DNA of 64,000 nt from a bacterium (GCA_965216635.1 OZ244188.1:1856001-1920000); one strand, 5' to 3'; counted from the first letter of the stretch, positions 40,993 to 50,548 are shown. Numbers and translations are program-made. The notes: generated by a model not told the origin, from the sequence alone.

Positions 40993-41511
40993 GTAGAGAC
41001 GCCCTACAGGGCGTCTTATATGATGTGCATAAACCACAAAAAGCTGTTTTTAATAAACGTTCTAAATTTATGAGACGCCCATATAGGACGTCTCTACAGA
41101 CCTACATATTTTAATAAACGTTCTAAATTTATGAGACGCCCATATAGGACGTCTCTACAGACCTACATATTTTAATAAACGTTCTAAATTTATGAGACGC
41201 CCATATAGGACGTCTCTACAGACCTACATATTTTAATAAACGTTCTAAATTTATGAGACGCCCATATAGGACGTCTCTACAGACCTACATATTTTAATAA
41301 ACGTTCTAAATTTATGAGACGCCCATATAGGACGTCTCTACAGACCTACATATTTTAATAAACGTTCTAAATTTATGAGACGCCCATATAGGACGTCTTA
41401 TATGATGTGCATAAACCACAAAAAGCTGTTTTTAATAAACGTTCTAAATTTATGAGACGCCCATATAGGACGTCTCTACAGACCTACATAAAATAAAAAA
41501 TACCTCCCCGC
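40993..41511. repeat. REP array 3: leader, 5 units (41048-41352), hybrid unit, 1 unit (41430-41490)
   Basis: Same 61-bp unit and AAATAAAAAATACCTCCCCGC trailer. Confidence 0.95.
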
Positions 41512-41631
41512 CACAATATCTATAAAGATGCCTAATTCAAAGTTCTCAATATATCTTTAAATTAACATTGAATAATAAAACAATTTGAGATATGAATATA
41601 ATAATAACCCATTAAATAAGATCTTATAAAA

Positions 41632-42612
41632 ATGAAAAAAACAAACTCGCTTCTCATTATTTTGCTTTCCACTTTCTTCAGTGTAGCTTGTGTCAATGAA
41701 ATTCTTGGAGTGGAGCTAGATAAAAAATTTCAAAACTATCAAAAAATATCGGGCATTAGTGGGGCTTTGAATAGTATAGGTTCAGATACTCTCAATAATC
41801 TAATGACTTTTTGGGCTGAAGGTTTCCGCAAATTATATCCAAACGCCCAAACTCAAATTGAAGGAAAAGGCTCTAGTACTGCTCCTCCTGCTTTGATTGA
41901 AGGAACTGCTCAACTAGGACCTATGTCTAGGGCTATGAAAAAAAGCGAGTTGGAAAAGTTTGAAAAAAAATATGGATTTAAGCCTACTCAATTTATTGTC
42001 GCTTTAGATGCTATTGTAGTTATGGTTAATAAAGATAATCCTTTAAAAGAAATCAGCCTTCCCCAAGTGGATGCAATTTTTTCTTCTACTCTGAAAGGCG
42101 GATACCAAAAAAAAATCGCAAATTGGGGAGGAATCGGTTTAAGGCGGGGTTGGGAAAATCGTGCTATTAGTTTGTACGGTAGAAATTCTGCTTCTGGTAC
42201 TTACGGTTATTTTAAGAGGGTGGCTCTTTTCAAAGGAGATTATAACAAAACTGTCAAGGAACAACCTGGCTCTGCTTCGGTAGTGCAAAGTGTGGGAGCG
42301 GATAGGTATGCTATTGGTTATTCTGGAATCGGATTTTTAACAAGCGATATTAAGGTTCTGGGTATTGCCAAAAAAATAGGGAGTAAATCCTACTCTCCTT
42401 TGAAATACGAGAACATACTTACTGGAAAATACCCTTTAGCGAGAGGTTTGTATATTTATGTGGCAAAGCACCCTAAAAAAGGCATAACCCCTTTAGTGAA
42501 AGAATTCTTAAAATACATTTTTTCTAAACAAGGGCAAGAAATTGTTGTCAAAGACGGGTATCTTCCTTTGAGTTATGGGTTGGCTCAAAAGTATTCTGCC
42601 TTACTCAAATAA
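41632..42612 (+). CDS. pstS: Phosphate ABC transporter substrate-binding protein
   Basis: GSDTLNNL, GSSTAPPAL, GRNSASGTYGYF, YPLAR. Confidence 0.95.
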   Translation: MKKTNSLLIILLSTFFSVACVNEILGVELDKKFQNYQKISGISGALNSIGSDTLNNLMTFWAEGFRKLYPNAQTQIEGKGSSTAPPALIEGTAQLGPMSRAMKKSELEKFEKKYGFKPTQFIVALDAIVVMVNKDNPLKEISLPQVDAIFSSTLKGGYQKKIANWGGIGLRRGWENRAISLYGRNSASGTYGYFKRVALFKGDYNKTVKEQPGSASVVQSVGADRYAIGYSGIGFLTSDIKVLGIAKKIGSKSYSPLKYENILTGKYPLARGLYIYVAKHPKKGITPLVKEFLKYIFSKQGQEIVVKDGYLPLSYGLAQKYSALLK

Positions 42613-42647
42613 AATAGAGACTCTCGTTAGAAAACTAAAACCACTCT

Positions 42648-44885
42648 ATGCTAGTCAGTTCTCCACTGTCAAAAAAACTGAAGCTGTGGGATAATATTTT
42701 CCGCCGAGTAATTATTCTCGCAGGTGTTGCAACTATTATTTGCGTACTGGCTATTCTTTGGAGCATTTTAAAAATCTCCATTCCTCTTTTTAAAACAGGT
42801 GCTATAGAAAAAACCTCTACGCCAACTTTTGCTAATCGTAGCCCGTTGCTCTATGTAACAGCCGATGAATTTTTAGAGAATGTTTGGGGTTTAAGCAAAA
42901 CAGGGGAGCTTGTTTTACAAAATTTAAACAACCCTGAAATCCAAAAAAACATCCAAATCACTAACGCTGAAATTAAAAGTATTGAAAGCGCAAGTCCGAA
43001 TTTATTTTTACTAAAATTTCCCTCTTCTGCCACAGAACTTTGGTTTTTAGGTAGTATTAAAGAATTTTCTGAGACAGGAAACAAAACATACAACCTGAGG
43101 CACGAAAAATTAGCTAGCTTTCCAATTCTACAAAAGGAAAATTTTCAACAGGGTGATATTTTTTACGACGCTGCTCGCAGGCGAAACGAAAATAGTTTTG
43201 CTAGAGTAGTAGCTACTAAGCAAAAAAAAATTTATTTTTATTGGCAGGAATCTGTAGAAAATTTTTTAGGGGAGGCAGAAGTTGTCCTGTCTCAAGATTT
43301 TTTTGAATCCAGTCTCAAAGGAGAAATTGTAGCCTCTTTTTTTTCCAGAGATGCAAAGCATTTTTATTTAGCAGATGATAAGGGAGATATTGAAGTTTGG
43401 GATTTGCGAGATTTAGAATCTATCCAATTTTCTGTTTCTATCAAAACTGCCCTCTCGTCACAAATAGAAAAACCACAAATAGAAAAACTACAGATAACAA
43501 GCCTCAATACTATCTATGGAGATACAAGCCTTTTGGTAGGTTTTAACAATGGGAGTGTAGAAATTTTTGCTTTTACCAGAGGAAGTCTACAAAAAATTTA
43601 TAGCTTGCAAACAGAAAGTGGAAAAATCCAAAATATTATTCCTTCTTTAAGGAATAAATCTTTTCTAGTGGTGGGAGAAAAAAACAGCTCCTTTTGGTAT
43701 CTAACCGCAACCCAGAAAATTCTACAATTAGATTGGCAAAAATTAGATTGGCAGAAAAATGAACGGATAAAAATTGCTTTCAATAAAAACGGTACTGCTT
43801 TGACTACTTTAGACAAAGGTAAAATTTCTATTTGGAAAATAGATGCGCCTCACCCTGATTTTAGTCTGCGAGCTAGTTTCAGCAAAATACAATACGAGGG
43901 CTACCCTGAACCAGATTATATTTGGCAGTCTTCTTCGGGCAACGACGATTTTGAACCAAAATTTAATTTTATTCCACTCATTATAGGAAGTCTTAAAGGA
44001 ACTCTATATGCGATGATTTTTGCCTTGCCTCTCGCTATTTTTGGAGCGATTTATATCAATCAATTTGCAAAGCCTTGGGTCAGAAATGTGGTGAAGCCTA
44101 CCATAGAAATTATGGCATCCATTCCTTCTGTTGTTATAGGGTTTTTAGCAGCTCTTTGGTTAGCTCCTTTAATAGAAAAATATTTGCTTGCGATACTACT
44201 TTACTTGGTTTTCTTTCCTTTGTTTTTTTTATTTTGCTTTTTTATTTTTCAGAAGTTTTTTAAAAAATTTATGAAAAAAGATGGTAAGGAATTTCTATTT
44301 GTTATGCCCGCCTTTATTATTTGTGCTTTATTTATAGCTTGGTTTGCTCCTTTTTTAAGTCAGCAATTTTTCTCCGAAGATTTTATTTTTTGGCTTTCAG
44401 AAAAACTAGGCTTAGTCTACGAGCAAAGAAATGCGATCGTGATTTCTTTTGCTCTGGGATTTGCTATCATTCCTATTATTTTCACAATGACAGACGAAGC
44501 CTTGAGTAGTTTTCCTAAAAATCTGACCGCGGCTTCTTTGGCACTAGGTGCTAATCACTGGCAAACTCTCGTCAGAGTTATTTTACCAACTACTGCTAGC
44601 GGTATTTTTGCGGGATTCATTATAGGTTTTGGTAGAGCCATTGGAGAGACAATGATTGTTTTGATGGCAACGGGAAACTCTCCTATTACAAGCTGGAGTA
44701 TTTTTAACGGGATGCGGACATTATCTGCAAATATTGCGGTAGAAGTACCCGAAGCCCCTTTTGAGGAAACTCTTTACCGTGTTTTATTTTTATCGGGGGT
44801 GATGCTCTTTTTATTTACTTTCTTGCTTAATTTTATTGCAGAAATTATCCGTAGTCGCCTCCGCAAAAAATACCATATCCACTAA
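42648..44885 (+). CDS. pstC: Phosphate ABC transporter permease with large soluble insert
   Basis: KPTIEIMASIPSVVIGF, GRAIGETMIVLMATGN, RTLSANIAVE. Confidence 0.9.
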   Translation: MLVSSPLSKKLKLWDNIFRRVIILAGVATIICVLAILWSILKISIPLFKTGAIEKTSTPTFANRSPLLYVTADEFLENVWGLSKTGELVLQNLNNPEIQKNIQITNAEIKSIESASPNLFLLKFPSSATELWFLGSIKEFSETGNKTYNLRHEKLASFPILQKENFQQGDIFYDAARRRNENSFARVVATKQKKIYFYWQESVENFLGEAEVVLSQDFFESSLKGEIVASFFSRDAKHFYLADDKGDIEVWDLRDLESIQFSVSIKTALSSQIEKPQIEKLQITSLNTIYGDTSLLVGFNNGSVEIFAFTRGSLQKIYSLQTESGKIQNIIPSLRNKSFLVVGEKNSSFWYLTATQKILQLDWQKLDWQKNERIKIAFNKNGTALTTLDKGKISIWKIDAPHPDFSLRASFSKIQYEGYPEPDYIWQSSSGNDDFEPKFNFIPLIIGSLKGTLYAMIFALPLAIFGAIYINQFAKPWVRNVVKPTIEIMASIPSVVIGFLAALWLAPLIEKYLLAILLYLVFFPLFFLFCFFIFQKFFKKFMKKDGKEFLFVMPAFIICALFIAWFAPFLSQQFFSEDFIFWLSEKLGLVYEQRNAIVISFALGFAIIPIIFTMTDEALSSFPKNLTAASLALGANHWQTLVRVILPTTASGIFAGFIIGFGRAIGETMIVLMATGNSPITSWSIFNGMRTLSANIAVEVPEAPFEETLYRVLFLSGVMLFLFTFLLNFIAEIIRSRLRKKYHIH

Positions 44886-44886
44886 A

Positions 44887-46047
44887 ATGAAAAAAAATAT
44901 ATCCACAAAAAAACTAAAACTTTTAGATAATATTCAATTTATCTATGAATTGAATCTTGCCAGTTTAGAACTAGAGGCTTTGCAATTAGATGTAAAACTA
45001 GATGAAAATTTTAGGAAATTTGAAGTTTTTAATCCAATGAATCTAGAATTGTTGCAAAAAAAAGTGGCTTATTTTCAAACAATAGATGGAATTTATTCGG
45101 ATTATTACTATCTCCAAAAATTTAATCAAACAAAATCTGCCAATCAATTTTTAACCCATTGGATTTATCCTTACAAAGGAAAATTTCATCCACAAATGAT
45201 TAGAGCTTTACTCAATATTATTGGAATGAAGTCAGGAGAAATTTTGCTGGATCCTTTTGTAGGTAGCGGAACAGCCATCTTAGAAGCACAACTATTAGGA
45301 ATCAATGGGATTGGAATAGATATTTCGCCACTTTGCGTTTTGATTTCTAAAGTGAAAACTCAATCTTTAAAATTTTTAGAAGAAATTAAAATCTATCAAG
45401 ATTTTTATCTCCATAAAAAAGGAAAAGAATCCAGTACTGAGGAAGTAAAAAATTTTTATAAGGTAGCAGAAATGATGGCTCACAGTGACAATGCTAGAAG
45501 AAAAAAAGATTTTGCGTCTTCTTACATCAAAGATGCCTTGAAAATGTTAGCCTCTGTTGAAGACTACAAAAAAGCAAAAGAGCAACTCAATCTTAAACTA
45601 GGAAAATCAAAAATCACTCAGGGAGATACGAGAAATATTCGGATAAGAGATAATTTTGTAGATGGAATTATCACTTCCCCTCCTTATTCTATTGCTTTGA
45701 ATTATGTGGCTAACGATGCCCATTCGCTACAAGCAATGGGTTATGACTTGAATCAAATTAAAGAGGATTTTATAGGAGTGAGAGGCACTGGAATAAATAA
45801 ATTTCAACTGTACGAACAGGATATGCAACAAGCCTATGATGAAATGTATCGGATATTAAAAAAAGGAAAATATTGTGCGGTTGTTATTGGTAATGTCGCT
45901 TATCAAGGTGAAGAAATAGATACAGCCCAAAATGTAGAAAACTATTGCCAGAAAATTGGATTTAAAAAGATCCATAAAATAGCAAAAATAATTTATGGTT
46001 TGTATAATGTTATGCAAAAAGAATATATCCTAATTTTTCAAAAATAA
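44887..46047 (+). CDS. Orphan N4-C/N6-A DNA methyltransferase inside the pst operon
   Basis: THWIYPYKGKFHPQM, DPFVGSGT, ITSPPY; start MKKNIS. Confidence 0.88.
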   Translation: MKKNISTKKLKLLDNIQFIYELNLASLELEALQLDVKLDENFRKFEVFNPMNLELLQKKVAYFQTIDGIYSDYYYLQKFNQTKSANQFLTHWIYPYKGKFHPQMIRALLNIIGMKSGEILLDPFVGSGTAILEAQLLGINGIGIDISPLCVLISKVKTQSLKFLEEIKIYQDFYLHKKGKESSTEEVKNFYKVAEMMAHSDNARRKKDFASSYIKDALKMLASVEDYKKAKEQLNLKLGKSKITQGDTRNIRIRDNFVDGIITSPPYSIALNYVANDAHSLQAMGYDLNQIKEDFIGVRGTGINKFQLYEQDMQQAYDEMYRILKKGKYCAVVIGNVAYQGEEIDTAQNVENYCQKIGFKKIHKIAKIIYGLYNVMQKEYILIFQK

Positions 46048-46106
46048 AATGAAAACAAAAGAACATATTCAACAGCTAGAAAAAACCCTTCCACCCCGTC
46101 ACTAAA

Positions 46107-47660
46107 ATGAAAAAAAATTCTAAAGAATTACTTTTTATCTGGATGACGGGAGTAGCCTTTACAACTATTTTGCTCATAGTTTTTTCGTTAATCTATATTA
46201 TTTTTATCAATAGTGTAGGGCATTTTTGGACTCCTTCGTTACAACTTTTTCAGCTACAAGGAGGCGAGCAGGTTTTGGGTATTGTACAAAAAAAAGAAAA
46301 AAACTTGAACGAAGAAGAAAGAATTCAAATTAAAATAGCAAATAGGGATTTTTACAATTTAGATTTTCGTTGGTTGGAAAAAAAGAATATTGAAAAAACA
46401 AGCAAGCCCAAAGATGTATTTCGGGTAGAAAGAAATGAGTACGGAGATTTTTATGGTAGCGTTCTTATCAAATCTGGAAAAACAGGAGACAGCCACTCTT
46501 TGTTAAAAAAAGAGTTTCAAAGCGTGAAGCTTTTACTCAAAGAAAAAAAAACTATAGCTAAAAGAATTGGTAAAATCAGCTATTCTATAAAGAAAAAAGA
46601 GACACAAGAACTCAAAAAAAACCCACAAGAATTTGGCAAATTTTCTCAAGAAATAAAAATTTTACAAAAAAATCTTGAAATAGAACTTAGCGAGCAGAAT
46701 AAAATCCAACAAAAATTAGCAAAATTTACAGTGCAGTTGCAAGAAATAGGAGGGAGAAAAAAAGAAATTCTACTGAGTGAGGTGGTTCGCTTTTACCAAC
46801 CAAATCAAATGGGGGTAGGACAAAAAATAAGACTTTACTTTGAGAGAGCTATAGAATTTATTCTAAGTGGACCAAGAGAAGCCAATACAGAAGGTGGGAT
46901 TTTCCCTATTATTTTCGGCACTGTAATGCTTGTTTTTATTATGAGTATTTTTTGTTATCCTTTTGGATTGGCAGCTGCCATTTATCTCAATGAATATGCT
47001 AAAGAAGGTTGGTTTGTGCGTTTTGTGAGAATAGCTGTCAATAATTTAGCAGGCGTTCCTTCCATTGTTTACGGGATTTTTGGATTGAGTTTTTTTGTCT
47101 ACGGGATAGGCGGTTCTATAGATCAAATTTTCTTTTCAGAAAAATTACCGACTCCTACTTTTGGCACAGGTGGTATTCTTTGGGCAAGTTTAACTCTTTC
47201 CATACTGACCCTGCCTGTTGTAATTGTAGCAACAGAAGAAGCCTTAAACGCTGTTCCTAAAGGAATGAAAGAAGGCTCTTTAGCACTAGGTTCTACTAGA
47301 TCGCAAACTCTCTTACGGGTTGCTATTCCTGTAGCTTTACCCGGTATTATTACTGGTTTTATTTTAGCTATTGCCCGAGCTGCAGGAGAAGTGGCTCCAC
47401 TTTTAATTACTGGTGTAGTCAAACTAGCTCCAGTTTTGCCTATAGACGCTCATTTTCCTTTCGTTCATTTGGATAGAAAATTTATGCACTTAGGATTTCA
47501 TATTTTTGATATTGCTTTTCAATCTCCGAATGTAGAAGCATCCAAGCCCATAGTTTTTGTGGCTACTCTGTTGCTACTTCTCATAGTGCTTGTTATGTGT
47601 AGTTTTGCTATTGTTTTAAGAGAGAGGTTGAGGAAAAGATATAAGGTCCAACAAATATAA
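46107..47660 (+). CDS. pstA: Phosphate ABC transporter permease
   Basis: PREANTEGGIFP, NNLAGVPSIVYG, ARAAGEVAPL. Confidence 0.93.
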   Translation: MKKNSKELLFIWMTGVAFTTILLIVFSLIYIIFINSVGHFWTPSLQLFQLQGGEQVLGIVQKKEKNLNEEERIQIKIANRDFYNLDFRWLEKKNIEKTSKPKDVFRVERNEYGDFYGSVLIKSGKTGDSHSLLKKEFQSVKLLLKEKKTIAKRIGKISYSIKKKETQELKKNPQEFGKFSQEIKILQKNLEIELSEQNKIQQKLAKFTVQLQEIGGRKKEILLSEVVRFYQPNQMGVGQKIRLYFERAIEFILSGPREANTEGGIFPIIFGTVMLVFIMSIFCYPFGLAAAIYLNEYAKEGWFVRFVRIAVNNLAGVPSIVYGIFGLSFFVYGIGGSIDQIFFSEKLPTPTFGTGGILWASLTLSILTLPVVIVATEEALNAVPKGMKEGSLALGSTRSQTLLRVAIPVALPGIITGFILAIARAAGEVAPLLITGVVKLAPVLPIDAHFPFVHLDRKFMHLGFHIFDIAFQSPNVEASKPIVFVATLLLLLIVLVMCSFAIVLRERLRKRYKVQQI

Positions 47661-47680
47661 AGTTCAACAAATCTAAAAAT

Positions 47681-47822
47681 GAAAACTTTAAATTAGCGTT
47701 CTGTTTAGCCTATGCAGCGTTGAAAATTTACAAAAAATACTCACATACTATCGTGTATGCTCCGCTTTTTTGTAAATTTTCGTCTTGCCTAGCCGTCACA
47801 TAACGCTAATTCATAATATCTC
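47681..47822. repeat. MITE-like palindromic element between pstA and pstB
   Basis: AATTAGCGTT...AACGCTAATT arms; AAAATTTACAAAAAA...TTTTTTGTAAATTTT; shares CTAGCCGTCACAT and TTCTGTTTAGCCTATGCAG with other copies. Confidence 0.8.
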
Positions 47823-47843
47823 AACAAATAAGATTTCAACAAA

Positions 47844-48602
47844 ATGAAAGAATCCGTTTTAAATATTAAAAATTTAAGTTTTTATTATGGAGAAAAGCAA
47901 GCTCTTTATAATATCAGTATAAAAATTATTCCCAAACAGGTGACAGCTTTTATTGGTCCTTCTGGTTGTGGTAAATCTACACTTTTGCGTTGTATCAATC
48001 GGATGAACGATTTAATAGATAATACAACAACAAAAGGAAGTATTGAATTTTTAGAAGAAAATATTTGTGACAAAGAAACAGATGTAATTGAATTAAGAAG
48101 AAAGGTCGGGATGGTTTTTCAAAAATCCAATCCTTTTCCCAAATCCATCTATGAAAATGTTGTCTATGGTTTAAGAATTTCTGGAATTACCGATAAAAAA
48201 AAACTAAAAGAAACCGCTGAGATGAGCCTGCAAAGAGCCGCTCTTTGGGATGAAGTTAAAGATAGATTGAACGATTCTGCTATGGGACTGTCAGGAGGAC
48301 AGATGCAAAGATTGTGTATTGCTAGAACAATAGCCATTGAGCCTGAAGTAATTCTAATGGACGAGCCCTGCTCCGCTTTGGATCCTCGTTCCTCGGCTAA
48401 GGTAGAAGAATTGATAGAAATTTTAAAAAAAAACTATACTATTATTATTGTGACTCACAATATGCAGCAGGCTTCCCGAGTTTCTCGCAGAACCGCTTTT
48501 TTTTATGAAGGAAAACTGATAGAATACGGAAAGACTGCAACTATTTTCACAAAACCCAAACAGAAACAAACAGAAAATTATATCACGGGAAGGTTTGGCT
48601 AG
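47844..48602 (+). CDS. pstB: Phosphate ABC transporter ATPase
   Basis: [38 protein letters not shown]. Confidence 0.97.
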   Translation: MKESVLNIKNLSFYYGEKQALYNISIKIIPKQVTAFIGPSGCGKSTLLRCINRMNDLIDNTTTKGSIEFLEENICDKETDVIELRRKVGMVFQKSNPFPKSIYENVVYGLRISGITDKKKLKETAEMSLQRAALWDEVKDRLNDSAMGLSGGQMQRLCIARTIAIEPEVILMDEPCSALDPRSSAKVEELIEILKKNYTIIIVTHNMQQASRVSRRTAFFYEGKLIEYGKTATIFTKPKQKQTENYITGRFG

Positions 48603-48641
48603 ATGCCACCCCTCCTATAATAACGAACAAGTAAAAAACCA

Positions 48642-49307
48642 ATGAAAACACAATTTGAAAAAGAAATAAAAAAACTTTCTACTGAATTTGAAAGCTATAC
48701 AGCTCTGGTAAAAAAAATATTCCAAGAAGGACTTTTGAGCCTAGAAAAAGGAGACAAGAAATTAGCTCAGAAGGTCATCAAAAATGACAGAAAAATTGAC
48801 TTAAACGAAGTAGAAATTGAAGAATCCTGTCTAAAAATACTCGCTTTGTATCAACCTGTTGCTGGGGATTTAAGGCATATCATAGCCATCTTAAAAATCA
48901 ACGATGACCTAGAGAGAATCGCCGATTACGGTTGCAACATAGCTCAGAGAGTTTTGCGTTTAACTGTAGAAAAACCACTAGAGGTTATGCCTAATTTACC
49001 CAAGATGTTTGCTAAGGTAGAAATTATGCTAGAAAAAAGCGTAGACTCTATTTTTGAAAAAGATAAAGCTATGGCTGTAAAAGTCTTAAAACTGGACGAT
49101 GAAGTAGACAAAATGCACTCAGAAAATTATAAAAAAGCAGAAATTTTGTATAAAAGCGATCAGTATTCTATGCAGGATGTTTTTAGCCTTATTTTTGTTT
49201 CTCGTTTTATAGAAAGAGCTGCAGATCATACAAAAAATATTGCAGAAAATGTGATTTATTTTTTGACGGGAGAAATTTGTAGGCATCGTAACAACGAGAT
49301 CATTTGA
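48642..49307 (+). CDS. phoU: Phosphate signalling protein
   Basis: QPVAGDLR, DLERIADY, DDEVD, ERAADH. Confidence 0.95.
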   Translation: MKTQFEKEIKKLSTEFESYTALVKKIFQEGLLSLEKGDKKLAQKVIKNDRKIDLNEVEIEESCLKILALYQPVAGDLRHIIAILKINDDLERIADYGCNIAQRVLRLTVEKPLEVMPNLPKMFAKVEIMLEKSVDSIFEKDKAMAVKVLKLDDEVDKMHSENYKKAEILYKSDQYSMQDVFSLIFVSRFIERAADHTKNIAENVIYFLTGEICRHRNNEII

Positions 49308-49570
49308 AAACCTTTTGGCTGGAAATTTAAAACCTTTTGGCTAGAAATTTAAAACCTTTTGGCTGAAAATTTAAAACCTTTTGGCTGGAAATTTAAAACC
49401 TTTTGGCTGGAAATTGAAAACCTTTTGGCTGGAAATTTAAAACCTTTTGGCTGGAAATTTAAAACCTTTTGGCTGGAAATTTAAAACATTTTGGCTAAAA
49501 ATTTAAAACCTTTTGGCTAAAAATTTAAAACCTTTTGGCTAAAAATTTAAAACCTTTTGGCTGGAAATTT
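49307..49570. repeat. 22-bp tandem repeat x12 filling the phoU-tRNA spacer
   Basis: AAAACCTTTTGGCT(G/A)(G/A)AAATTT. Confidence 0.95.
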
Positions 49571-49575
49571 AAAAT

Positions 49576-49657
49576 GCGAGCATGGTGGAATTGGTAGACA
49601 CGCTGTCTTGAGGGGGCAGTGGCGCAAGCCGTGGGAGTTCAAGTCTCCCTGCTCGCA
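49576..49657 (+). tRNA. tRNA-Leu(GAG), CCA not encoded
   Basis: GCGAGCA/TGCTCGC acceptor stem, D loop TGGTAGAC, anticodon arm CTGTC-TTGAGGG-GGCAG, long variable arm, GTTCAAGTC. Confidence 0.95.
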
Positions 49658-49675
49658 TTATTTTGGGCTCGCATT

Positions 49676-49720
49676 ATTTCAGCAGATAGCAACCGCTACT
49701 ACTGAATTAAGGTATTACAT
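49676..49720 (+). other. Degenerate integron attC-like site
   Basis: ATTTCAGC-AG-A-TAGC-AACC-GCTA-CT-ACTGAAT-TAAGGT-ATTACAT mirrors the L''/extrahelical/L'/6-nt/R' layout of short attC sites. Confidence 0.55.
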
Positions 49721-49741
49721 TAAAAAACACCCATACACAAA

Positions 49742-50548
49742 ATGATTAAATATTTGACCACTCAAGGTTTGAATTATCATTTAGAGAAATTGCTTAAAAA
49801 TGCAACTAAAGAAATTATTCTGATTTCACCTTATATTCAGCTACAGCAGAGAATCAAAGATATTCTAAAAGAAAGAAAAAAGAATGGTGTGAAAATATTT
49901 ATTGTTTGTAAAAAACAAAATTTAAAAGAAACAATAAATCAATATTCAACCACCATATTTGATGTGCCCACATTACACGCTAAGTGCTACCTAAACGAAC
50001 AAGCAGCAATCATAACAAGTTTAAATCTTTATGAATTTAGCCAGCAAAATAATGAGGAAATGGGTATTTATGTAGAAAACAAATGGTTTAGCAAAAAATT
50101 ATATGCAGAGATTTTAAGTGACGCAAATCGGTTATGTAAAAACATAAAACATCCTCAAACAAATAAACTCCAAATCGGCAAACAATATTCACTCCAAGAA
50201 CTAAACAATTTTTTTGATTTTGAACACAAACAACCTGCTGGTATAAGACAATCCAGACGCTTTGGAGATATTGTTCTTTTTAGCAATCAATTTTCAAAAT
50301 ATGAAGATAAAAAAATAGGTGATATTATTCTTTATCAAGGTCAAAATACAGGAACTGCTACACAAGAATTAAAGTATGGAAATAAAACTCTTTATGAGGC
50401 GTATAAAACTAAAGATAGCGTACTTCTATTTAGGAATTATATATACAGGGGAGAATATATAGTTGTAAAAAAGCCATATTTAGAGAATGGCAAATGGATA
50501 TTCCCATTGAAAAAAATACAACAAAACATCCCACCAGATTGCTTTTAA
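49742..50548 (+). CDS. Phospholipase-D-family nuclease fused to an SRA-like domain
   Basis: ISPY, LHAKCYLNE, TSLNL..FS..NNEEMGI; C-terminal YEDK..GDIILYQGQ...QEL..GNKTL. Confidence 0.7.
   Translation: MIKYLTTQGLNYHLEKLLKNATKEIILISPYIQLQQRIKDILKERKKNGVKIFIVCKKQNLKETINQYSTTIFDVPTLHAKCYLNEQAAIITSLNLYEFSQQNNEEMGIYVENKWFSKKLYAEILSDANRLCKNIKHPQTNKLQIGKQYSLQELNNFFDFEHKQPAGIRQSRRFGDIVLFSNQFSKYEDKKIGDIILYQGQNTGTATQELKYGNKTLYEAYKTKDSVLLFRNYIYRGEYIVVKKPYLENGKWIFPLKKIQQNIPPDCF

Noticed and set aside
36952..41511. CRISPR array interpretation of the 61-bp repeats
   Set aside because: Units are identical end to end with no unique spacers, and there are no cas genes in the window
49307..49570. Pho-box array or CRISPR
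   Set aside because: The 22-bp period matches pho-box spacing, but there is no CTGTCAT-like half site, it lies downstream of phoU, and it has no spacers
49557..49745. 62-aa ORF
   Set aside because: Overlaps tRNA-Leu; spurious
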